IMG/VR virus record: IMGVR_UViG_3300037488_002133
Coordinates: 1 to 56,400 of that record
Strand: one strand, 5' to 3'
Origin: a virus
Lineage: Duplodnaviria > Caudoviricetes
DNA: 56,400 nt
The notes beneath the pieces are model-generated. The model did no database searches and had not been told where the DNA came from. It saw only the letters and a list, made by a program, of their open reading frames with translations. The translations under genes and the position numbers were made by a program. Shown here in pieces: positions 46,307-56,400 of the stretch. Every line of letters begins with the position of its first letter. Position 1 is the first letter of the stretch.

Positions 46307-48646
46307 ATGACAACTGACATTCAACCGAACAACCAAGATATCGTAGGTAACGGCAGTCCGTTGCCATCTATTGGTATCGCGACCATTGACGCTCCCGAAC
46401 GTACTGACAACGGGTATGGCAATCAGCTAAAGCTCGAGGCCCGCTCAGTAAAAACGGTCGATCAAGCGTGGAATATCTGCAAAGCAACCGAGCAGAACAA
46501 CCGGAGCCGAGCAGCTCGAACGGCTGACATCCAAGCCCTGCACGATGGTGAACCCCCACGGTCATCGGCAGGCATGGCCGAACGCGGAAAATCTTGGCAG
46601 TCTAACGCATCCACCAACTGGTTGTCCGGTATCGTGGGTCGAGTCAGCCAACGGTTCGTCAACTCGACGATTACGCAGATTTACGTCACATCCAGTTCCC
46701 TCCCGTCTAACCTGAATTTTGCGAAAGCCAAGACCGATCTACTCAGGTCCAAGTTTACCAAATTGATCCGGTCTTGGGATGGCAACACCGGCATGATCAA
46801 CAGCCTCGCGGTCGAGACAGCCCTTCAAGGGTACTCGTACGCGGTCTTCCTTGATCCCTACACCTACAAGCCGACGATGTTCAAGCAGGACCGAGCATTC
46901 TGTCCGGAACAGTCCGGACAGCATGCCCGCGACCTGCAATTCTTCGTGGCCAAGATGGACTACCGGCTCGACGAGTTTCTCGCGCTGTTCAAGGACGAGG
47001 AAGCCGCCAAGGAAATCGGGTACGACCTCGACAATTGCGTCTACGCGGCGAACAACGCAACGATGATGGACCCTCGCGAGGACGCGACCACCACTCAGTT
47101 TCGCAAGTTTGTTGAGATGATTAACGAGGGCGTTCTCGGTTTAACATTCACCAGCACCGGTGCCCGTATCGTCTCATGCTGGCTGCTCTTCAATCGCGAA
47201 TACGACGGCAGCGTGTCGTTCTGGCTTATCCACCGCGATTCGGGTAAAATGCTTCGATTCAGTTTCAAGCTCTTCCCCCAAATGGAAGACGTGCTTGCCA
47301 TATTCAGTTTTGAGCCCGGCAACGGATGCATTCACTCGTCCAAGGGTCTGGGCCGCAAGCTCGCATCGCTTACAATTATGAAGGAGCTGTTTCGCAACGG
47401 CATCATCGATAACAGCCGCATGAGCGGGTTGATGATCTTGCGAGCGGACGCGAAAGATAAATCCAAATTCGCTCCAGCAGTGATGGCTCCGTTTATCGTA
47501 ATCGATAAGTCGGTGGAGATCCCTCAACAGCAATTTATCGCCAATGGCGAGTCCTACCGAATAACCGACACTCAAATCGATGGTTGGGCAGAGCAGTCGG
47601 TCGGGGCATATTTAGCCAATCAGATATCGCCCGAAGGGCGCACAGAGAAGACCGCTACCGAGGCCAACATTGACGCTCGTCGAGACTCAGAAGCGGCAGA
47701 TATTATGATCCGTCGTTGGGTCGACCAGTTTGCGAACCTCACTCAGATTCAACAACTCCGTGCGTTTTCGGATGACTATATCTCAGAGTCTCGTCGCCTG
47801 TCGAAGAAGCTGATGGAAGATCCGGCACTGGACGCCCCCAAATTCTACGAAGGTCACGGTGACTCAGACCCCGAGGTTTTGAGGACGTTGGTTGAGGTCA
47901 TGCTAGACCCGTTGCAGATCTCCGATGACGAGATCAAGACGTGGCGCACGTCCCCAGCCAGTCCGCTGGCCCATACCGCTGACTCTGCGCTCGCTCAGGG
48001 CGTCTCGGTGGTGGTGCAGAAGTACGCAGGCAATCCGAATCTCGACATGTCCAAAGTCATTCAGCGTGACGTTGAGAATATCGTCGGAGCGGAACTGGCG
48101 TTGGAGTTCCTCGTACCAAATCCCGATCAGACGATTCAAGCCGAGGCGCAACGGATGCAGCTCATGGAGTCGAGCATTATGACCAGTTCCCAAATGGATC
48201 TTCCGGTCAGCCCTCGTGACAATCACTTGGTGCATGGTCAGACGGTGCAGCAACTGTTGACGGAGTACGCAGCTCCGGTGCTGAGTCAGCCCAATCCGCC
48301 CCCTGAAGTTCTCAAAGCTTCCGAATTGAACCTCAACCATTTGCTGGCCCATCTTAAAATGGGAGAGTCGATGGGCCTCAATAAGAACCCCCAGTTCAAT
48401 GAACTCGAAAAGTTTGCTGAAGGGTTTAAGAAGCAGTTGAGCCAAGTCGTGCAGATCAATGCCCAGATGCAAGCCTCGCAGTCGGCGGTGATGGATGCCG
48501 TCCGACGTGAGGGTCTGCCTCCCGACGAAGCATCGGCAGGAGAGGCCGCTCCCGATCAATCTCTGGAGACCGCGTTAGCGGTTCCATCCATCCCGACAGC
48601 ACCACCACAAGGCGAAGCGCCCGCACTCGCTAATGTACCTTCGTAA
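46307..48646 (+). CDS. Putative portal protein
   Basis: 779 aa, KTATEA motif, late DNHLVH motif, position before scaffold and capsid. Confidence 0.7.
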   Translation: MTTDIQPNNQDIVGNGSPLPSIGIATIDAPERTDNGYGNQLKLEARSVKTVDQAWNICKATEQNNRSRAARTADIQALHDGEPPRSSAGMAERGKSWQSNASTNWLSGIVGRVSQRFVNSTITQIYVTSSSLPSNLNFAKAKTDLLRSKFTKLIRSWDGNTGMINSLAVETALQGYSYAVFLDPYTYKPTMFKQDRAFCPEQSGQHARDLQFFVAKMDYRLDEFLALFKDEEAAKEIGYDLDNCVYAANNATMMDPREDATTTQFRKFVEMINEGVLGLTFTSTGARIVSCWLLFNREYDGSVSFWLIHRDSGKMLRFSFKLFPQMEDVLAIFSFEPGNGCIHSSKGLGRKLASLTIMKELFRNGIIDNSRMSGLMILRADAKDKSKFAPAVMAPFIVIDKSVEIPQQQFIANGESYRITDTQIDGWAEQSVGAYLANQISPEGRTEKTATEANIDARRDSEAADIMIRRWVDQFANLTQIQQLRAFSDDYISESRRLSKKLMEDPALDAPKFYEGHGDSDPEVLRTLVEVMLDPLQISDDEIKTWRTSPASPLAHTADSALAQGVSVVVQKYAGNPNLDMSKVIQRDVENIVGAELALEFLVPNPDQTIQAEAQRMQLMESSIMTSSQMDLPVSPRDNHLVHGQTVQQLLTEYAAPVLSQPNPPPEVLKASELNLNHLLAHLKMGESMGLNKNPQFNELEKFAEGFKKQLSQVVQINAQMQASQSAVMDAVRREGLPPDEASAGEAAPDQSLETALAVPSIPTAPPQGEAPALANVPS

Positions 48647-48893
48647 AGAAAATCAGGAAGCCCTAGCCAACCTCCTCAATTCATCGCTCTGGGCAGACAT
48701 CAAACGGTGTCTGCAACAGCGTCGACCCGAGTCTCCGGTATCCGGTGATCTGGTACACGTCGCAGCAGCGAAGGGGTTTGAGAGAAAAGGATATGAACAG
48801 GCGATCTCGGATATCGAGATCTTGCCGTTCGATCAGCCCTTAATTCGGGCCGACCCATTTGATCGCCCGTCCGTAAACGCAACTGAAGATTAA
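48633..48893 (+). CDS. Hypothetical protein
   Basis: Small ORF between portal and scaffold. Confidence 0.65.
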   Translation: MYLRKENQEALANLLNSSLWADIKRCLQQRRPESPVSGDLVHVAAAKGFERKGYEQAISDIEILPFDQPLIRADPFDRPSVNATED

Positions 48894-48894
48894 C

Positions 48895-50361
48895 ATGCCC
48901 GACCCTACGTCACCCATCCCGTTTGATCTTGCCGGTCTTGAAGATATTGTTCGCAATGCCAGCCCTGAACTTGCCAAGCAAGTAGATGCTGACACTGATT
49001 CAGCTCCCGAACCCATTCAGCAACCCGGAGAAGTAATCCCAGATTCGGCACCCATTACTGAACCAGTGGTAGAAGCGGCTCCAGAGCCAGAGCCAGAGCC
49101 AGAGCCAGAACCGGAAGCCGACAAGTCTGGTGCCGAAGAAACGTCAATTAGCGATGAACTGGAGGAATTGAATCGCCAGTCTGCCGCCGTCAAGACCAAG
49201 CCCGCCGCAGTTCCAGAAACCAAGCCCGAAGAAGTTGCTAAACCTGCTCCGACTTCTCCGCGTGATTCCGACTTGGGTCTGGATACTCGCCAAGCGTCGG
49301 CGATGCACCCCAAGACGAAAAAGATCATCGAAGAGCGTAATCAAAAGATCATCGCCGAGCGCAACAAGGCCGAGTCTTTGGCGAAGGAGAAAGAGGCTTT
49401 GGCGACCCAGCTTAATGAGGCGAGGGAGGCGTTAAAGAAGGGGGTGATACCCAAAGAGGTGGAAGAAGAGTTGGCCAAACTCCGCGAGACCGTTCGGGAG
49501 GTGGACATTCAGCGCGACCCGACGATCCAAACCAAATACGACGCCCCAATTGCCAAAAACCAAGGACAGATCCTCAAGGTGCTGCAAAGTTTTGGCGTGG
49601 GCAAGACCGTCGAGGGAAAAGACGATCCCGAAGCGGTCGCCAAACTCACCAAAGACGGTCTGAACTTCAAAACAGTAACCCCCTACATCAAGAAATTGTC
49701 GGATGAGGGGTTTGAAGAGGAGGCCGAGCAGCTCCGCGAACTTTTGCGGGACAATATCCGCATTAAAACAGCCAAGGAATCGGAAATTTCAGAGTGGAAA
49801 ACGAATTTTGCATCTAAAAAAGAGCAATCCGCCGTTGAACAGCGTCAATATCAAGAGCGAAACATCTCGGACGTACGCGAACATTCCCAACGTATCCTAA
49901 ATTCGGATATTGCTACGTTGTCGAAAGACTTCCCCATGTTGCAACGTCCGGCTGATCCGCTTCCGACCGACTCGTCGGCAGTGATTAAATCCAAGCAAGA
50001 CTCGCTCGCTGCTTACGACGCGATGGCCAAGCAAGTGGGCGAGGCTATTGCTCAACTGGACTCCTCTAAAGTGACCCCCGACAAGGTTGCAGAGGTCAGT
50101 GGACGAGTCAGCGCCAATGCGGTGCAGAGCATTATTCTCAAGCAACACGTTTTGCCCAAGCTGATGAAGGATTTGGCAGAGTTGCGTGCTCGCAACACTG
50201 AGCTGGAGTCCAAATTTGGGAGAATCAAGACTGCTGGCACCCTTTCCCGTGCCCATTCGGCAGCAGCGTCAGCTCCAGCAGGCGCTAAAGCTCCCCTACC
50301 TGAGAGTAATGAGGACGCAGCCAAGCAAATTGCCCGAGAGATGGGGCTGTCGGTCGAGTAA
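48895..50361 (+). CDS. Putative capsid scaffolding protein
   Basis: Acidic Pro/Glu-rich N-terminus, long coiled coils, position. Confidence 0.6.
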   Translation: MPDPTSPIPFDLAGLEDIVRNASPELAKQVDADTDSAPEPIQQPGEVIPDSAPITEPVVEAAPEPEPEPEPEPEADKSGAEETSISDELEELNRQSAAVKTKPAAVPETKPEEVAKPAPTSPRDSDLGLDTRQASAMHPKTKKIIEERNQKIIAERNKAESLAKEKEALATQLNEAREALKKGVIPKEVEEELAKLRETVREVDIQRDPTIQTKYDAPIAKNQGQILKVLQSFGVGKTVEGKDDPEAVAKLTKDGLNFKTVTPYIKKLSDEGFEEEAEQLRELLRDNIRIKTAKESEISEWKTNFASKKEQSAVEQRQYQERNISDVREHSQRILNSDIATLSKDFPMLQRPADPLPTDSSAVIKSKQDSLAAYDAMAKQVGEAIAQLDSSKVTPDKVAEVSGRVSANAVQSIILKQHVLPKLMKDLAELRARNTELESKFGRIKTAGTLSRAHSAAASAPAGAKAPLPESNEDAAKQIAREMGLSVE

Positions 50362-50364
50362 ACC

Positions 50365-51276
50365 GTGATTGACCTCGTCAATCTCCCTCAAACCTACATC
50401 AACAGATATGGTCGGGACAAAGTGATCGAAATTATCGGTCAGGGTCCAGCCATGGTGTCGATGTGGCTCTCGCGGAAGCGATTTCCGGTCGAAGCGATTC
50501 AAAAACTGATCGATTTTGACCCGTCGCCACTGCACGACATAAAACCGTTCTACACGAACCCAGAACCCGGCAAAAAACTCGTCATTCTGATGCCGCTGAA
50601 CGGTCCTCCCGAGCCAGAAGTGCTCGATGCGTTTGCACGGCTCTACGACCCCAAGGAAATGGACTTTCGCAGGGTTGCGTTCAATAATTTATCGGTAGCT
50701 CGCAACGCTTTGGCGGGCCAGTTCCTTCGTGGGCCGTGGGACACCGCGATTTGGTGGGACGGAGACACTATTCCTCCCTATGGAGATGCGGTTGCGTTTA
50801 AGCGGCTCTGCCAGACGCCCAACATGCCCGATGTCTTTGCAGGAGTTCACTCGATCTACCGCATGTTGGTTCACCGAAAGACGTTCGTGAGCGCCGTCTA
50901 CGTCGGGCGTCGAAAAGGTGCCGCCCCGCAATTTGGGGGAGGGGAATCTGAAACCACCAAGATGGTAATCAAGCGTGGGCCACGTAATGAACTTCGCGAT
51001 ACGGACTGGTCGGGGTTCGGATTTGCCCTGACCCACCGACAAGTTTTTGAGGACATCATTAAAACCCAAGGCGAAGAAATTCGCGTAACCAACGAGGGTC
51101 TTCGTAGCCGGTTCGGCTACGATTACGCCTTTTTCACTCCGACAGGAGTCGATATCCCCGGCGACGACATCCCGTTCTGCATCCGTGCGGCCAAGGCCGG
51201 TCACAAGGTGCAGCTCGATATGTCCGTTTTCGCGGCTCATATCGGCAATCACGCCTACACGTATCAAGATCTGTAA
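50365..51276 (+). CDS. GT-A glycosyltransferase (family 2-like) with possible N-terminal HTH
   Basis: ARNALA, WWDGD, GFGFAL, GDDIPFC, HIG motifs. Confidence 0.75.
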   Translation: MIDLVNLPQTYINRYGRDKVIEIIGQGPAMVSMWLSRKRFPVEAIQKLIDFDPSPLHDIKPFYTNPEPGKKLVILMPLNGPPEPEVLDAFARLYDPKEMDFRRVAFNNLSVARNALAGQFLRGPWDTAIWWDGDTIPPYGDAVAFKRLCQTPNMPDVFAGVHSIYRMLVHRKTFVSAVYVGRRKGAAPQFGGGESETTKMVIKRGPRNELRDTDWSGFGFALTHRQVFEDIIKTQGEEIRVTNEGLRSRFGYDYAFFTPTGVDIPGDDIPFCIRAAKAGHKVQLDMSVFAAHIGNHAYTYQDL

Positions 51277-51288
51277 ATAAATATCACC

Positions 51289-52764
51289 ATGCCCGCTCCA
51301 AACAACATTCAGTCCTTCACGTCCGGTCCAACCATGATGATGATGAATGACGGGACGTATGTCCCAGTGTCTCGGCCTAGTCGTGTGCAACACGGTAATC
51401 ATCAAAAACTGTTGATCGTACTTCAGTACTACGACGGGGATAAATCCGCTGCCGAGGATCTCGGTGCGCTCATCGCTGGTCTGGAGCGAGTCCGCAACCA
51501 CACGGCGGATATTATGATTTTCCGGCGATTCGACGCCTCGGATTACAGCAGTGAAATTATCACTCGTTTGCGCGACAAATTTGACAAAGTCTTCGTAGAG
51601 ACCAGTCGACGTAGGGACGCGAAAGGATATCCGTTTGGACCCAACCAGATGTGGGCGGATATCGTAGGTATGGTAGGTCAGATGCCGCAGTGGAATGACA
51701 ACTATTTTGCGTTCTTACCGTTGGAGTCCGATTGCGTGCCGGTTCATCCCAACTGGATCAACGAACTTTCGGAGGAGTTTAGACTTTCTAAAGCTCGAAA
51801 TTACTCGGCCATCGGCCACATCCACGATGCACCGTTGAAGCACATGAATGGCGTGGGGGTCTACGATAGCCTGCTTTGGTCAATCGTGGGTGGGAATAAG
51901 TTGAATGGCGCAGACCCTCAAGTGGCCTATGACATTCACCATCGGGGCGACATCCTACCGTTGGCGTATGACACCCCCTTGATAATGATGCAATATCAGC
52001 GTCCGACAATTACTCCGTCGGACCTGTTTAAGAAATGGAAAAATGGGGTTGAGCCAGCCCTGTTCCACGGGGTAAAAGATGGATCTGCACGAGCGGCTGT
52101 CCGAGCAAAGTACATCACGTTTTCAGATGAATTGGACATGTCGAAACGCACGGTGTTTACGTATGAACACCAACGCCCCAACAATCCATCGGTCAATGCC
52201 GTCTACGAAATGTGGGCAGACGGATGGAAGAGCCGAGGATGGAATCCGGTGAAACTATCATTAAGGGACGCAGCTCGGGAGACTCGGTATTCCGAGGTTA
52301 TGAAAAACGTCGAGCGAATGAAGTTTTTTGGATCTGCTACCGATGAGGTGGCTCGGCTGATCCGTTGGGTAGCGTTGGAAGCGGTTGGTGGGGGGCTTAT
52401 GGTCGACCCCGATGTCCTTCCAACCAATTTCAATCCGGTAGATTTTAAGCGGACTCCTGCACTCCTGAACGACGAAAGCAGCTTTGGGATTATTGCGGCG
52501 TATTTCGATATGAAGTCTCTGGGGGTTTTCCTCGATGCCATGAAGAAATATCCCGTCGACGACGAGGTTCGTCTGGCGTATGCCGATTCACTTATCCTCA
52601 AGAAAAGCGGGGCACTAAAGAAGACCACGGTCAAAGTTGCAATCAGTGGGTCGAAAGAATGGAGGTCGTCCCCCATGGTATCGTTCAACCAGTTTGAGAT
52701 GCAGCGTTTGGGCATAGGCGGGATGGCTCCGCGAGCCATGGAGCGGTTCCTGCGAGAGAACTGA
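51289..52764 (+). CDS. Two-domain glycosyltransferase-like protein
   Basis: LESDCVP..HMNG..FHGVK N-terminal domain; W...W...GW..RW..GGLMVDPD (GT32-like DxD) C-terminal domain. Confidence 0.65.
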   Translation: MPAPNNIQSFTSGPTMMMMNDGTYVPVSRPSRVQHGNHQKLLIVLQYYDGDKSAAEDLGALIAGLERVRNHTADIMIFRRFDASDYSSEIITRLRDKFDKVFVETSRRRDAKGYPFGPNQMWADIVGMVGQMPQWNDNYFAFLPLESDCVPVHPNWINELSEEFRLSKARNYSAIGHIHDAPLKHMNGVGVYDSLLWSIVGGNKLNGADPQVAYDIHHRGDILPLAYDTPLIMMQYQRPTITPSDLFKKWKNGVEPALFHGVKDGSARAAVRAKYITFSDELDMSKRTVFTYEHQRPNNPSVNAVYEMWADGWKSRGWNPVKLSLRDAARETRYSEVMKNVERMKFFGSATDEVARLIRWVALEAVGGGLMVDPDVLPTNFNPVDFKRTPALLNDESSFGIIAAYFDMKSLGVFLDAMKKYPVDDEVRLAYADSLILKKSGALKKTTVKVAISGSKEWRSSPMVSFNQFEMQRLGIGGMAPRAMERFLREN

Positions 52765-52814
52765 GATAAAAAAGATTGACCACTCACACCAACCGGTTAT
52801 TGCGTAAGTTAACC

Positions 52815-52970
52815 GGAGGTTATTAGCGCGAAAGCGCCGGTCCCCCTGCGAGAGCAGGGACATCTGCCGGGGACGAACGGGTGTGTCGCAAGACCGAACC
52901 TGAGAGGGAACTACCCACCTTCGACTGAGTGTAACCCGCCTCCGTGGCGGAAAGTTCAACTATAAACCTC
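52815..52970 (+). ncRNA. Candidate structured RNA leader of the capsid gene
   Basis: Four GNRA-capped hairpins enclosed by GAGGUU/AACCUC. Confidence 0.6.
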
Positions 52971-52977
52971 TTTTAAC

Positions 52978-54210
52978 ATGTCTTGCACACCGATTCCAAT
53001 TGATCTGGCTACGCAACTTTTCTCTCGCGATCCCCAACGCCTCTACGGCCCAATCGCCAAGTCCCTGCTCACGCAGGTTCCATACATTTCGGTCCTCAAG
53101 TCGGGTACTTTCCCGTCGGCAGTCGCGGCCACACTCTTGAGCGTTGCTCAGGGTCGTCCGTACCTGCAAAGCTCGCTGGCTAATCCGTCGTTCACCACGA
53201 TGCTGAACCTCTGTGGTTCTTGCAATTTGAACGTCGACCAAAACGGTACGAATCAATACTCGTACACGGCTGCGATCAATCAGGGTATGTCCGACAAAAT
53301 CTGCTTGAACCAAGGGTTCAGCGCATTTCTTGGCTCCCTGACTGCCCAGCTTGAAGCCTACCAGACCGGTGTGACTGAGCTGATCAACGCGGACATCCGC
53401 TGGCAGCTCTTCCTCCGTTCCGGCGTCAAGATGTGCGTGCAGACCGGTATTGGCGTCACTAGCCAGATCACCGGTGGCGAGTACAACATCGACCAAGCCG
53501 TTCCGGCTGTTCAGTCCAACGCTGAACTGACGTTCGCCACTCTTCAAAGTGCGAACCGTTATATGCGTTCAGCCCTTCGTACCAAGCCCTTTGGCTCTGG
53601 TGCCAATGCCCACGCTCGGTTCATCGGTTCCCCCGATATTCTCGATGCTCTCCGTAACGATCTCGGCGGTGCGGCTGGTCCCGGTGGTGCGAACATCGTT
53701 CCCCTCGGTCAAGTCGCCGCTGGTGGCAACAAGATGGCTCAGGACGCCATCACGGGCTACATGTTTGAGCCCCTCTATCGTGGCATTCAGTTCGGAGAAG
53801 ACCCAATCCCGCTTCGCCTCAATTGGAATGGTGCTGGCTACGATCCCGTTGACCCAAATTCAGCCTACGCACCTACCGCAGGAGGCTCGGTCTCCATCGT
53901 GTCGAACGCTTGGCTCAATGCGTCTCACGAGGTCGCGTTCCTCATGTATGATGGCTCGTTCGAGCGTCAAGTCCCAGCCCCGTTCACGGGCGAGGGCAAG
54001 ATCAAGTTCCAACGTCAGCTCTTCGGCGGTGAGATTCAGTTTATGAACCACCCCGACATGTCTACCAACATGTTTGGTGACTATGGCGTGATGGCTTACC
54101 GCATTGGTCGCGCCCTGCGCCCAATGTACCCATGGTTCGTGCTGCCGATCATCTATAAACGGTGCCGCGACACGGGCGATCTGACGACCTGCACTGGCGT
54201 CAGCGGTTAA
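52978..54210 (+). CDS. Putative major capsid protein
   Basis: 410 aa after portal/scaffold, own leader, followed by a strong hairpin; positional inference. Confidence 0.7.
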   Translation: MSCTPIPIDLATQLFSRDPQRLYGPIAKSLLTQVPYISVLKSGTFPSAVAATLLSVAQGRPYLQSSLANPSFTTMLNLCGSCNLNVDQNGTNQYSYTAAINQGMSDKICLNQGFSAFLGSLTAQLEAYQTGVTELINADIRWQLFLRSGVKMCVQTGIGVTSQITGGEYNIDQAVPAVQSNAELTFATLQSANRYMRSALRTKPFGSGANAHARFIGSPDILDALRNDLGGAAGPGGANIVPLGQVAAGGNKMAQDAITGYMFEPLYRGIQFGEDPIPLRLNWNGAGYDPVDPNSAYAPTAGGSVSIVSNAWLNASHEVAFLMYDGSFERQVPAPFTGEGKIKFQRQLFGGEIQFMNHPDMSTNMFGDYGVMAYRIGRALRPMYPWFVLPIIYKRCRDTGDLTTCTGVSG

Positions 54211-54227
54211 TCCAGTAGTGAAAAATC

Positions 54228-54263
54228 AGCCACCTCGGGGATATCCCCCGAGGTGGCTATTTC
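54228..54263 (+). terminator. Terminator-like hairpin after the capsid gene
   Basis: AGCCACCTCGGGG-ATATC-CCCCGAGGTGGCT then ATTTCT; A-run on the 5' side. Confidence 0.75.
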
Positions 54264-54288
54264 TACATAATTAGGGAAAACCAATATC

Positions 54289-56400
<2,112 letters not shown>

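Overview
The window looks like a near-complete ~56 kb genome of a podovirus-like tailed dsDNA phage. It is probably circularly permuted and broken inside a collagen-like (Gly-X-Y) repeat that runs off both ends. Modules: (1) + strand head/tail operon (45421-56400, continuing 1-17618): putative portal, scaffold, two glycosyltransferases, major capsid, collagen-like fibres, tail/ejection proteins and a 1835-aa polyvalent protein. (2) - strand replication operon: primase-helicase, DUF2800 nuclease, DUF2815 SSB, PolA, VRR-NUC, SNF2 helicase. (3) - strand early operon with a MoxR-like AAA/VWA-metallopeptidase module. (4) A central control region with repeats and a TerS-like gene. (5) - strand accessory block: TerL, serine recombinase, glycosyltransferases, repeat-HNH. 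The most notable signals lie outside the ORF track: two near-identical type II hammerhead ribozymes punctuating the early operon and flanking a small ORF (411-nt unit); three further candidate structured RNAs; small +1-frame ORFs nested in the polyvalent gene behind -35-like hexamers; a recurrent palindromic operator; and a likely virion-glycosylation gene set. All protein calls come from motif recognition and gene context only; no database searches or folding programs were run.
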